A DNA stretch of 64,000 bases from the NCBI GenBank assembly GCA_964373665.1, contig CAYJVM010000002.1, positions 8,923 through 72,922 of the forward strand, written 5' to 3'. Below, piece by piece: positions 31,260 through 40,478 of this stretch. The number at the start of each line of letters is the position of its first letter. Position 1 is the stretch's first letter. The translations under genes and the position numbers were made by a program. Source of the DNA: an uncultured archaeon. Lineage in GTDB: Archaea; Aenigmatarchaeota; Aenigmatarchaeia; CG10238-14; SCSR01. A model generated the notes under the pieces. It was not told the origin of the DNA and made no database searches. It saw only the letters and a program-made list of their open reading frames with translations.

Positions 31260-32427
31260 ACGATTTAATCATAGGAACTCCGAAAAGGTTGAACAGCAAT
31301 AATCCCAGAATGATAAAGCTCGTCGCGACTATTACTTTCCTTCCTGTCTCGCCAAATTTGGATGTAAGGATCTCCTCGAAGAACAGTCCTCCATCAAGAG
31401 GCTTCATTGGAAGCAGGTTAACAATTCCGACGCCAATGCTTATAACAATCAACCAGTTGAGGAAAGATATTACCGTAATAAAGACCTTGAAGAACGCTCC
31501 GGATACAAGTCCAGCCAATCCTAGAATGTTGTACTCGTAAGAATTTCTAACTCCAATCCCCATGTAAGTCCTGTTTTCAATCTCTGGGTGATCCTCCAGA
31601 ACAATCTGATAGCTCCCCTTGTCGGTCGTTATTGCTATCCTGTCACCTGTTTTCGTACCGTTCAAGGCGTTCACAAAATCAAGAGTGTCTATAACGTCAA
31701 CACCGTTAATCTTCATTATAGTCCCTTCCAACCCAACCTTTTCTGCGGGGGAATTAGGATCTACAGAGTCTATGGCAACGCCCACGGATTCTGTAGCCGA
31801 GTTGAACAGGAACAGGCTCGATACTAGTATCACAATGGCAACAATGGCCGAAAGAAAGTTAGCCAAACTTCCAGCTGCAAATATCCTTAATTTTTTCAGT
31901 ATCGCAAGCTTTTTGATTCTCTTGTCGTCAGGATCTACAAAAGCACCTATAGGCAGAATGAGAAGCAACAGCACGCCATAATTCTTCACCTTTACTTTTT
32001 CAAGCCTGACAAAGACGGCGTGCATAGTTTCGTGCGTGGACGCAATGATAAATATAGCAATTATCCAATACCAGAATGGAACGGAAACAACAGGCCCGGG
32101 TATTTGGTAGCCGCCTGCAGTCGGTAGTACAAGTTGAAACGCCTGCTGCAGGTTCACAGTCAAAATTATCAATCCTATTACTCCCAGCAGTCCGGCTAAA
32201 ATACCTATACCTACGCCAATGTTGCCTAGGATTGTGATGAAACGCGGATACCGTGCTACAAATCTATCTATTATATCCAATCCTCCAGTCCAACGCTTTA
32301 TGATAAACCCGTACTTGAACTCTATATTGCTCCTGTCTTTGAATACCAAAAAACCGATTATTGCGGCAAATAGAGCCAGTGATACTAGTTCAAAGTTTAC
32401 CATAACATCAATATTCGGTTTCAACAC
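31252..32427 (-). CDS. site-2 protease (M50 zinc metalloprotease) with PDZ domain
   Basis: HETMHAV (HExxH) in TM helix, PDZ segment, NLLPMKPLDGG motif. Confidence 0.85.
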   Translation of the reverse strand: MLKPNIDVMVNFELVSLALFAAIIGFLVFKDRSNIEFKYGFIIKRWTGGLDIIDRFVARYPRFITILGNIGVGIGILAGLLGVIGLIILTVNLQQAFQLVLPTAGGYQIPGPVVSVPFWYWIIAIFIIASTHETMHAVFVRLEKVKVKNYGVLLLLILPIGAFVDPDDKRIKKLAILKKLRIFAAGSLANFLSAIVAIVILVSSLFLFNSATESVGVAIDSVDPNSPAEKVGLEGTIMKINGVDVIDTLDFVNALNGTKTGDRIAITTDKGSYQIVLEDHPEIENRTYMGIGVRNSYEYNILGLAGLVSGAFFKVFITVISFLNWLIVISIGVGIVNLLPMKPLDGGLFFEEILTSKFGETGRKVIVATSFIILGLLLFNLFGVPMIKSFI

Positions 32428-32442
32428 TTTTTAAAGTTGCAG

Positions 32443-32540
32443 TGCAGGGGGAGAGATTCGAACTCTCGAAGGGACTAACCCACCAACTCCTGAAGCTGGC
32501 GCAATTTTCTGTTTGTTTGACCAGACTATGCGACCCCTGC
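32443..32540 (-). tRNA. tRNA-Leu(CAG), 98 nt, with about 12-nt extra insertion in D-loop
   Basis: acceptor GCAGGGG/CCCCTGC; T-arm GAGAG-TTCGAAT-CTCTC; anticodon stem CCAGC/GTTGG; loop TTCAGGA; long variable arm GGGTTAGTCCC; G37. Confidence 0.75.
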
Positions 32541-33374
32541 TTTAATATCCAAGCAAACCTTATAACTCCTAACACCGAACGGTAATACCTTTACTCTATT
32601 TTCAATAGAAAATCTTTTGCCTTTTTCTTCTACAGCTTTCTCAACGAACTTTTCCGCCTTTGAAAACAAATCCTTCTCATCACCAAAAGTGTAAAAATGA
32701 ATAACGCCACCGTCTTTAACGATGTCAAATACAACATCCAGATAATACTCTCCGCCAACAGCAATCGGCATTACGATTCTGTCGAATTTGAAATTAAAAA
32801 TTCCAGGAGCATTTTTCACATCATCATTAATCAACACAATCTTGTGCGCCAACTTGTTTATCCTTACATTCTCCTTTGCATACTCATGGGCAACGGGGTT
32901 TTTCTCAATCCCATAAACTTTGCTCACGTCCGGTTGTCTTTTAACAATTGCAATTGGGTACGGCCCAATTCCAGAGAACGGCACTGCAACAACCTCGCCA
33001 GGCTCGACAAGAGAAGCAATTCTTTGTCTTTCATTGGATTCCCTGGGGGAAAAGAAAACTTTCTTTGGATCAAGCTTCAGCATATATCCGTATTCCTTGT
33101 GCACGACTTCCGTGTTTTCATCACCGGCAATTAATTCCAAGTCATCCAGCCTGTAAGTTCCCTTCCTGCCGGATATTTTGTTTAATACCGATTTTACATT
33201 TGGATTTGTTTTCATCGCAGCCTCGGCTATCAAGTGTTTCCTCCCTCCCAATTCTTCAGGAATCTCTATTACAACAACACTCTTGTCAGAGCCAATCACA
33301 TCATAACTCTTAGGAACCAATTCCATCTCTTCCGTAGTCAATTCACTCTGCAAGAACTTTGCAAGCGGCTTCAT
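32526..33374 (-). CDS. tRNA (guanine37-N1)-methyltransferase Trm5/Taw2 family (Met-10+ like)
   Basis: VFFSPRESNERQRIASLVEPGEVVAVPFSGIGPYPI SAM-binding region; C-terminus reads 15 nt into tRNA-Leu. Confidence 0.7.
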   Translation of the reverse strand: MKPLAKFLQSELTTEEMELVPKSYDVIGSDKSVVVIEIPEELGGRKHLIAEAAMKTNPNVKSVLNKISGRKGTYRLDDLELIAGDENTEVVHKEYGYMLKLDPKKVFFSPRESNERQRIASLVEPGEVVAVPFSGIGPYPIAIVKRQPDVSKVYGIEKNPVAHEYAKENVRINKLAHKIVLINDDVKNAPGIFNFKFDRIVMPIAVGGEYYLDVVFDIVKDGGVIHFYTFGDEKDLFSKAEKFVEKAVEEKGKRFSIENRVKVLPFGVRSYKVCLDIKAGVA

Positions 33375-33383
33375 GTAATTTCT

Positions 33384-33767
33384 TTATCCGGTTGCATTTA
33401 AAATGAATCCCCCCAGGGCTTTCGACATCTCGTTAACGAACTCCCACCACACCTTGAGGAACTTGAACTCGAAAATGTCTTCTGGAAAGAACATTCCGGC
33501 CCCTATGTAGTATATAAGACTCACTATGAATAAAATTGCGGCAATCCTGCCTATCCAGCCAGCTGAAAATTTAACTAGAGGGTTGCTAGCTGTAGCGTAA
33601 AGGAAAAGGCCTATCGACGAGACAGCTAGATATGTGGGCAGCTCCGCACCAAATACATAAAACGTGACCGCTGCGCCGACAATGGCGAACAGTATCCAGA
33701 TGACATCCTGGAATGCTACTTCTTCCATCGTAAAACATTCCACTTTAAAACATAAGAAAATTGGCAT
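33384..33767 (-). CDS. small membrane protein (3 TM)
   Basis: hydrophobicity only. Confidence 0.35.
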   Translation of the reverse strand: MPIFLCFKVECFTMEEVAFQDVIWILFAIVGAAVTFYVFGAELPTYLAVSSIGLFLYATASNPLVKFSAGWIGRIAAILFIVSLIYYIGAGMFFPEDIFEFKFLKVWWEFVNEMSKALGGFILNATG

Positions 33768-33838
33768 AGAAGTGTATACTGCAGAGGTTATTTCGCAGGA
33801 TAGAAATGTTTATATACTGTCACTTTTAAGTGGTGAAT

Positions 33839-34216
33839 ATGAGAGAAAACAGGTCAAGATATATGGACGGAAGCATGGGTCAATACATGCAAGATGCAGG
33901 GCCTTATGGTAATCATTCAAATGAAGGTTCTGGAAGAGCTTACAGAAGCATTAAAGACATCGCTAGAAACTATTTGGTGGACGAGCCTAGGAAGGGTTGG
34001 AGCGGATTATTCGGATTAGCGGCAGGCATAGGAACACTTTTGACAGGAGGCCTCATTTTGCCTGCTCTTTTCACAGGCTTGGTGGCAGGCGGTGTAACTC
34101 GACTCATTGGAGACGGTTACCACTATGGAAGAAAGGCAGCGGAAAATGTTCTAACATGGACACAAAATTACAAACCATTGAATTACAGACAAGCTCAAAG
34201 AGCTTTAGCAGCGTGA
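33839..34216 (+). CDS. hypothetical Gly-rich membrane-associated protein
   Basis: ORF with glycine-zipper-like TM GLFGLAAGIGTLLTGGLILPALFTGLVAGG; ATG 33839 chosen. Confidence 0.35.
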   Translation: MRENRSRYMDGSMGQYMQDAGPYGNHSNEGSGRAYRSIKDIARNYLVDEPRKGWSGLFGLAAGIGTLLTGGLILPALFTGLVAGGVTRLIGDGYHYGRKAAENVLTWTQNYKPLNYRQAQRALAA

Positions 34217-34220
34217 TTTT

Positions 34221-35057
34221 ATGGTAGTACCACCAATAGCACCAGCGCCAGTTGTTCCACCAGCACCGGGTGTTTTGGACAATTTAGGAAATCATTTGAG
34301 GCAAAGAGGTAGGATGTACGTCGGATTAGGCGCTATAGGCGCTTCACTTGGTGGCCTATATAGGATAGTCGAAAATACAGCTTTAAACATAGTAGGAAAA
34401 GGATACTCTATAGATTACGAAACTCCGATGCCTGGCAGTACATCAGGGTCTATTACAACGGATATACCAAATGTATCAACAGGCTTCGATAAGGTTCCTG
34501 AAGGAATGCTTGCTGGTGGATATGAAGGTCTTTATCTAGTATCGACAGGATTTACAGGTCCGCTTTACGTAAACGGACTTGGGAGATTAACAAATAGGGG
34601 AGTTGACAACAGCCTTGGGGGTTTGGCAAGCATGTTGCCGTTTGCTTACGCAACTAGCGGAGCCATTTCTGCCGCGGAGAATCTTGCAGGAAGAACTTTG
34701 CCTAGTATTTCTAGCGATCCTTTCGTCAGAACTCTTGTCGAAAGACCGGCCATATTAATGGCACCTGCATTAATCTCGTTAGGAGTTGCCTATAGGAACG
34801 AAATCGGTGCAGGTGCTAGAGCTGTGGGACGTGGGGTCCGTTCGGTCGCACAGAGGTACGGCACAGCCAATAGACGGGTTTACACTTCTGTTAGAAATTG
34901 GATATATTCCCGTTCAGTGGCGAGTGGTTCTAGCCCTAGAATGTCTAGATTTACTGCTGCAATAACGGGCGGATATGTAACCGGAATAACAAATTATGCA
35001 GGTGTTGAAGCTGGTCTTTTGGGTTATTCGGCTGGCCGCGGACTGGGTTTGTGGTAG
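34221..35057 (+). CDS. hypothetical Gly/Ala/Pro-rich protein
   Basis: 278 aa, low complexity, locally elevated GC; no recognised domain. Confidence 0.35.
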   Translation: MVVPPIAPAPVVPPAPGVLDNLGNHLRQRGRMYVGLGAIGASLGGLYRIVENTALNIVGKGYSIDYETPMPGSTSGSITTDIPNVSTGFDKVPEGMLAGGYEGLYLVSTGFTGPLYVNGLGRLTNRGVDNSLGGLASMLPFAYATSGAISAAENLAGRTLPSISSDPFVRTLVERPAILMAPALISLGVAYRNEIGAGARAVGRGVRSVAQRYGTANRRVYTSVRNWIYSRSVASGSSPRMSRFTAAITGGYVTGITNYAGVEAGLLGYSAGRGLGLW

Positions 35058-35085
35058 ATTTATTCTTATCGTCTGAATTCTATTC

Positions 35086-35838
35086 ATGACTCTGGCTTTA
35101 ATTGGCCTAGGCCTTTATTCTGAAAAAGACCTTTCTTTGAACGGAATAGAAGAATTGAAAAAGTCCGACAAAGTTTATATGGAGCTTTACACTGGCAAAT
35201 GGCAGGGCTCTATGGAAAATTTAAAGAAACTAATTGGTAAAGAAATTGTAACGTTGGAAAGAAAAGACCTGGAAGAAAACTCCCGAAGAATAATAAGCGA
35301 ATCAAAAAAGCAAAACGTGTCAATTCTCGTCCAAGGAGATCCATTGATAGCTACAATGCATTCTTCTCTAATCTCAGAAGCAAAGAAACTTGGAATAGAA
35401 ACCAAAATTGTTCATAATTCTTCCATAGTCTCAGCTATCGCCGAAACCGGCCTTCACGTTTACAAAATCGGCCAAGTTGTTACAATCCCATTTCCGGAAA
35501 AAACAAAAGGGAAAAAGCCAAAATCAACTTTCAACTCCATAAAAGAAAATAAAAAAAGAGATTTGCACACATTATGTTTGCTCGACATAGTGACAGAAGA
35601 AGGCAAGTACATGACAATCAATGAAGGCGTTGACATACTTTTATCATGGAAAATAATTTCAAAGACGGACAAAATAGTTGTCTTTGCAAAAGCAGGAAGT
35701 ACGCAACCCGTTATACTTTACAAAACTGCTGAAGAGATGATTAAAAAGAAAATAAAAGACACACCAGCAGTTATAATAATTCCCGGAAAGCTTCATTTTA
35801 CTGAGAAAGAATATTTAGAAATGTGTAAGAATGGTTAG
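35086..35838 (+). CDS. dphB: diphthine synthase
   Basis: MTLALIGLGLYSEKDLSLNGIEELKKSDKVYMELYT tetrapyrrole-methylase fold typical of DphB. Confidence 0.85.
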   Translation: MTLALIGLGLYSEKDLSLNGIEELKKSDKVYMELYTGKWQGSMENLKKLIGKEIVTLERKDLEENSRRIISESKKQNVSILVQGDPLIATMHSSLISEAKKLGIETKIVHNSSIVSAIAETGLHVYKIGQVVTIPFPEKTKGKKPKSTFNSIKENKKRDLHTLCLLDIVTEEGKYMTINEGVDILLSWKIISKTDKIVVFAKAGSTQPVILYKTAEEMIKKKIKDTPAVIIIPGKLHFTEKEYLEMCKNG

Positions 35839-36391
35839 ATTTACTTTGGTTCTGCTTCCACTGTCACTATTGTTAACTATTTTCGACAATAGATTCTTCC
35901 CCATCTTCATAGGAACTTTCATATTCGAAGCTTGGATAATGTGGACTCGTAGTATTGGTGGGGAATGGGTGCCGACGCCTCAAAAAACGGTAGACAGAAT
36001 GCTCAAAATCGCGAAACTCAAGAAAAACGAAATTGTTTATGATTTGGGTTCTGGTGATGGTAAGATTGTAATTTCCGCTGCAAAGCTAGGCGCCAGAGCA
36101 GTCGGAATAGAAATAGACCCCTTAAGGATTTTCATGAGCAGGATTAAAATAGCGTTGGAAAATGTCGGTGACTTGGCTGTAGTTAGACGTGGAGATCTGT
36201 TCAAGGCCAATGTAAAAAGCGCAGATGTTGTGACATTGTTCCTGCTACCGAAAACAATGGAAAAGCTGGAAAGTAAACTAAGAAAAGAATTAAAGAAAGG
36301 AGCGAGGATTGTATCTTACGGATTTTCTTTCAAAAAATGGAAGCCTGTCAAGACAGATAGGAAAAACAAGATTTACTTGTACAACGCTTAA
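35831..36391 (+). CDS. class I SAM-dependent methyltransferase with N-terminal TM
   Basis: VYDLGSGDGKIVISAAKLGARAVGIEID motif I. Confidence 0.55.
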   Translation: MVRFTLVLLPLSLLLTIFDNRFFPIFIGTFIFEAWIMWTRSIGGEWVPTPQKTVDRMLKIAKLKKNEIVYDLGSGDGKIVISAAKLGARAVGIEIDPLRIFMSRIKIALENVGDLAVVRRGDLFKANVKSADVVTLFLLPKTMEKLESKLRKELKKGARIVSYGFSFKKWKPVKTDRKNKIYLYNA

Positions 36392-36996
36392 GCTATCGAA
36401 GCGCCTGAGAAAGAAGGTCTGTAGTTGTTCATTCCTCTTATGAAAGAGTATGCCATACTAACCAAATAGTTCTTGATGTAGGACGCATCAATCAGCTTCT
36501 TCTCTCCGTGGTCTCTTGCCATCTGAGTGGCGCCTGCTCTATATTGCCCATAGCCGTCTCTAGTATTACCTCTTATTTTTGTAGTATAAAATGACGCTAT
36601 GCCTTCTATCATAGATCTCGCCAACATAGATCCTCTCGGTCCTAAGACGTTGTACAGACCTGTATTGTAAGCACTGATACTCCCTGTTTCTTCCTGGATT
36701 CCATGAATGCTTTCATGCACTCCTGCCTCCGCACCGAATTCAGCATTGTGTCTCAGTGTGTGTGCATTCAATGTTATTGTCTTGTCTTCTGGCGAGTATG
36801 CTCCAGCAGTTCTGGGATCAAGATTTTCGATATTGTATCGCCTAATTCTGGGCATTATACCAAAATACTTCCTTACACTTCTAACACCATTTACCAGAGA
36901 AGAAAGACCTCTTTTAAGAATGTCTACGTCAGAGCCTCTGTAGCTTATCGGAGCGTCCAGCTCTCTTTCAAGCTCCATTATAATGTCATTACTCAT
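36388..36996 (-). CDS. hypothetical protein with HExxH zincin-like motif
   Basis: GAEAGVHESIHGIQEETG contains HExxH. Confidence 0.35.
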   Translation of the reverse strand: MSNDIIMELERELDAPISYRGSDVDILKRGLSSLVNGVRSVRKYFGIMPRIRRYNIENLDPRTAGAYSPEDKTITLNAHTLRHNAEFGAEAGVHESIHGIQEETGSISAYNTGLYNVLGPRGSMLARSMIEGIASFYTTKIRGNTRDGYGQYRAGATQMARDHGEKKLIDASYIKNYLVSMAYSFIRGMNNYRPSFSGASIA

Positions 36997-37054
36997 AAGT
37001 AAGTATTACACTAAATCTACATATAAAGCTATCATTTTAGAGGTGCCTTGGAAA

Positions 37055-37681
37055 TTAAGGTCCGCCGCCACGGACGAATAACCACCCTATTATGCCAACT
37101 AGAATTACGGCAGCAATCAACAACCAATCAACAGGCAGATTTATACCAGTCAATCCAGGGAATATTCTGGCACCTCCAGATTGAAGAAAGATGCCCAAGC
37201 TGACAAGCACAATAATTATCACTACAAACCCCATGTATTTCTGTAGGGGAAAAGTTTCTCCAGCCTTACCGAACACACCCGAATTCATGAACATTGTCAC
37301 AAGAACAAGAACGACTATTGTAGTCAGAATTGCAACCAGGCTGTTTGCGACAAACTGTGTTAAAAACTGGGAAAACGTGAATCCTATCGGCGTATAAACC
37401 ATCATAAAGCCAGCTGCAGCCAATGCTATAACAACGCTTATAGTTCTATTACCCTGATCGTTTCCGAACACACCACTCCTGACTAGTAATCCATAAAACA
37501 CTGCAAAGACCAGCAGAAACGGTAGGAAAAAATCGAAAATGCCTATCTGCTTGCCGGCCTGTATTATTTCCTGAAAGGTTCTCTGAGCCAACGCTGCAGA
37601 AGAAAGTACCAAAAGCGAGAAAACGAATACAGCAAGTCTCGAAACAATATCTTTCCTCATCTTCATTTCACTTCGCCGCAT
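37055..37681 (-). CDS. paralogous membrane protein family member (signal peptide + 4 TM)
   Basis: shares FFLPFLLVFAVFYGLLVRSGVFGND block with three neighbours. Confidence 0.5.
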   Translation of the reverse strand: MRRSEMKMRKDIVSRLAVFVFSLLVLSSAALAQRTFQEIIQAGKQIGIFDFFLPFLLVFAVFYGLLVRSGVFGNDQGNRTISVVIALAAAGFMMVYTPIGFTFSQFLTQFVANSLVAILTTIVVLVLVTMFMNSGVFGKAGETFPLQKYMGFVVIIIVLVSLGIFLQSGGARIFPGLTGINLPVDWLLIAAVILVGIIGWLFVRGGGP

Positions 37682-38207
37682 TGACGATTAACGCAACACT
37701 TCCGAATAATACTAAAATTACAATTACAGATATAAATAGGTCTGACGGGATTCCTGTGCCGACGCCCTGAGGGAACAGCACAGTCGCCAAGCCGCTGGAC
37801 ACAAGGATCACTATTCCCACAATCAAACTGAGTATTAATATTGCTCCCCAAAAGTAGCCCGACTTGATCTTGTCGCTCAGACTCTTTGCCAAGTCAGGCG
37901 GAAAGAACATCCCGGCCAGCATCAAGGCTATCAATACAACCAGTGATACAGTAAATCCCTGGACAAAGAATGCTGTTAGCTTGCCTTGTATGTCAACTCC
38001 TAGAATGACGGGAGTAGCCCAGACAAAAAGGCTTATGACGAATGCTATTATAGCATTTACAGCAATGTTCTTGTCCGGATCTCCAAAGATCTGCGCCCTT
38101 CTCAGGCCGCCGTAGATAATCGCCGCGCTTAGTATGAACGGCAGCAGGAACTTGAAGAACCCAAGCTCGTTGAGCTTCAATATCGCTATCTCGAAAAACG
38201 ACGGCAT
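37668..38207 (-). CDS. paralogous membrane protein family member
   Basis: FKFLLPFILSAAIIYGGLRRAQIFGDPD block. Confidence 0.5.
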   Translation of the reverse strand: MPSFFEIAILKLNELGFFKFLLPFILSAAIIYGGLRRAQIFGDPDKNIAVNAIIAFVISLFVWATPVILGVDIQGKLTAFFVQGFTVSLVVLIALMLAGMFFPPDLAKSLSDKIKSGYFWGAILILSLIVGIVILVSSGLATVLFPQGVGTGIPSDLFISVIVILVLFGSVALIVNAAK

Positions 38208-38746
38208 TAAACTTCCCTCCCGGTAGCCATTGCTATAAACAGAAAAATGATGAAAATTCCCAGTATCACGCCTGAAATTGCGGCCAACTCAATATTAATT
38301 CCCGCGGTTCTGACTAGTTGAACAACGGACTCCCACCCTATGCTGAAGAGCCCCATGAATACAGCAATTATAATTACAATGTAAACTAGGAGCTGAAGCG
38401 GCCCGCCTGTCGTAACCATTTGTGGAAGCCTTTCCATCAGATTCGGATAGAAGAAGCTAGCCACGAGAAGTCCGAAAAGGATGACAATCATGAATATCGA
38501 CATCTGGGCGAAAAATCTGGTCAGCGTCGGCACTATCCCAATGCCTATAATGACAGGCAGGGCAAAGATGAACAAACCCACACCGACCGATACTATGCCG
38601 TGGATGACTGCCGACTCCCCGAGAATCTGCGTCTTCCTCAGCATGGCATAAAGAATGGTGGTGAAAAGTATGAACGGCAGCAAAAAGTCGTAAAAGCCAA
38701 ACTCTAATAGCCTTTCAATAGCTATCTGAAATATGTTCGTCGCCAT
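38207..38746 (-). CDS. paralogous membrane protein family member
   Basis: FYDFLLPFILFTTILYAMLRKTQILGES block. Confidence 0.5.
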   Translation of the reverse strand: MATNIFQIAIERLLEFGFYDFLLPFILFTTILYAMLRKTQILGESAVIHGIVSVGVGLFIFALPVIIGIGIVPTLTRFFAQMSIFMIVILFGLLVASFFYPNLMERLPQMVTTGGPLQLLVYIVIIIAVFMGLFSIGWESVVQLVRTAGINIELAAISGVILGIFIIFLFIAMATGREV

Positions 38747-38787
38747 TTTACCTTAAACTAACTTGGTTTGTTGAAAATTTAAACATG

Positions 38788-39294
38788 CTAGCCGTAATGC
38801 TCCCTGTGCCTTCTCCTGAGCTTGATGTTCAGCATCTGCATATCCCTTTCTATCTCGTTCAGCTTGCTGTTCAGCTCGTACCTTTTCTTCAGATTCCTCT
38901 CCCTTACGAACTTTTCCTGCAGTTGAGACTCTAACCTCCTCAAGTCATGCAGCTTCTGCTCGTCGCCCTTAAAACTCTCCACAATTCTAGCACCCCTAAA
39001 AATCACCGCCCAGAAAATCATCAATATCAACCCGGCAAAAATTATTATGCTGGTAGCTATGCCAATCTGCGCCAGGTAGACGGCAAGGAATGCGAATGTG
39101 GCCGGCTGTAGGGCATATATCAATATGGTGAAACCGGCGGCGAGAAACAAATAAGCGAAATTGTTGTTCCCGAATATCCTGGTCATCTTCAATCCGAACA
39201 GGAAGACCGTGAAGAAAATCAAAAATGGAATTATAAGCGTTACCAGATACTGCTTCATATTGTCGGATATAAAAGTCTCAATAGGTACAGCCAT
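38788..39294 (-). CDS. paralogous membrane protein with C-terminal coiled-coil tail
   Basis: YLVTLIIPFLIFFTVFLFGLKMTRIFGNNN block plus heptad-rich C-terminus. Confidence 0.5.
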   Translation of the reverse strand: MAVPIETFISDNMKQYLVTLIIPFLIFFTVFLFGLKMTRIFGNNNFAYLFLAAGFTILIYALQPATFAFLAVYLAQIGIATSIIIFAGLILMIFWAVIFRGARIVESFKGDEQKLHDLRRLESQLQEKFVRERNLKKRYELNSKLNEIERDMQMLNIKLRRRHREHYG

Positions 39295-39325
39295 CTTATC
39301 TTATTATAATTCGCCTTGCTTCCGC

Positions 39326-39973
39326 TTAAGCTTCTTCATGCTTCATCCTTTGGACAAGATCGGTCAATGCCCTAACTGACTCTATGAGTGCCGGCAGCGT
39401 CTGCCTGAATGCCTTTTCCAATGCGCTTATTCTGGTGTCTATGTTCCCGGCGCTGTCCTTGAAGGTGTCTATCTTGCTCAAAATCTGGGTCTGCTCCGCG
39501 CTCCTGAGACTCAAAATCTCGTTTATCCTGTCGTTGATTTCGTTTAGTCTCTTCTCTATCGCTTGGAACTTGACCGAGACTTCTATGACTTTTTCATTCA
39601 CTTCACCCATCCTTGCCTGGACGATATAATCAACATACTCCTCTGTTGGAAATTGCTGCGCTTGCTGCTTGTAATATTCCTGCGGCAGCGACGTTTCGGG
39701 TATCTGTGGCATCTGCGGCCTTTGCTCCGGCGTTATATCCTCAAGTGTAGGAAGTTCCAGCTCGCTCCTTTCCGCAGAGGTCCTTTGCCGCGGTCTTGTG
39801 GTCTCGTACCTTGTCGATTGGGTTAGCGCTGCATCCACTTCAGAAGCTTGATAGCCGTCCTTCCTTAAAATGTCGATAATCTCCGCATCGGAAAATCCCT
39901 TGGAGCTCAATTCTCTCACCCTGTCGACAGGGGGCGCCTTTTGTTTTTCCTGCTTTAGAAACGGCAAAACCAT
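39326..39973 (-). CDS. coiled-coil protein (pilus/archaellum accessory-like)
   Basis: 215 aa, Q/E-rich, long heptad region. Confidence 0.4.
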   Translation of the reverse strand: MVLPFLKQEKQKAPPVDRVRELSSKGFSDAEIIDILRKDGYQASEVDAALTQSTRYETTRPRQRTSAERSELELPTLEDITPEQRPQMPQIPETSLPQEYYKQQAQQFPTEEYVDYIVQARMGEVNEKVIEVSVKFQAIEKRLNEINDRINEILSLRSAEQTQILSKIDTFKDSAGNIDTRISALEKAFRQTLPALIESVRALTDLVQRMKHEEA

Positions 39974-40013
39974 TATTTCACTATAATTACTTTAATCTTG
40001 TCCAGACATAAAG

Positions 40014-40445
40014 CTAAGCCTTCTTTACCTTCGGAATCTTCAAGCTGACGTACCTTTCCATCTCGTCTTTCGTGACGTACTTGGCCGTTACAGGATTTAT
40101 AAGCTCCATATAAGTCTCTATTTCCTTGAACTCCCTTTTCGTCGCCGTCTTCGACAAATCCTTGTTCACGCGAAGTATTTCGTTTTCTATCGACACTAGC
40201 TTTTCCGACAGCAACACAAGTCTGTCAGTCATCTTTTCCATGAATATCTTCAATTCATTTAGATGGTTCAAAGTGCTGTCCTGAAGTGCACTGATGGAGT
40301 TTTCCATCCTATCCATTCTTTGTTCTATAGCCCTGATTCTTCTAGTGTCCTCGTTCACCCTTTTGACAAGCTCAGATGCCAAGGCTGTCATGTCATCACG
40401 CCGTTCGAATGACAGTATTCTTGATGGGTCTGGGATGGGCATTAT
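40014..40445 (-). CDS. coiled-coil protein
   Basis: start moved to internal Met (MPIPDPSR) to remove overlap with divergent ATPase gene. Confidence 0.4.
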   Translation of the reverse strand: MMPIPDPSRILSFERRDDMTALASELVKRVNEDTRRIRAIEQRMDRMENSISALQDSTLNHLNELKIFMEKMTDRLVLLSEKLVSIENEILRVNKDLSKTATKREFKEIETYMELINPVTAKYVTKDEMERYVSLKIPKVKKA

Positions 40446-40478
40446 AAAGGATTTGTCTAAGAAAACAAATAAATTAAT

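Noticed and set aside
34000-35050. Higher-GC block as evidence of an integrated virus or plasmid
   Set aside because: No integrase, capsid or att-like repeats nearby. Composition alone is insufficient.
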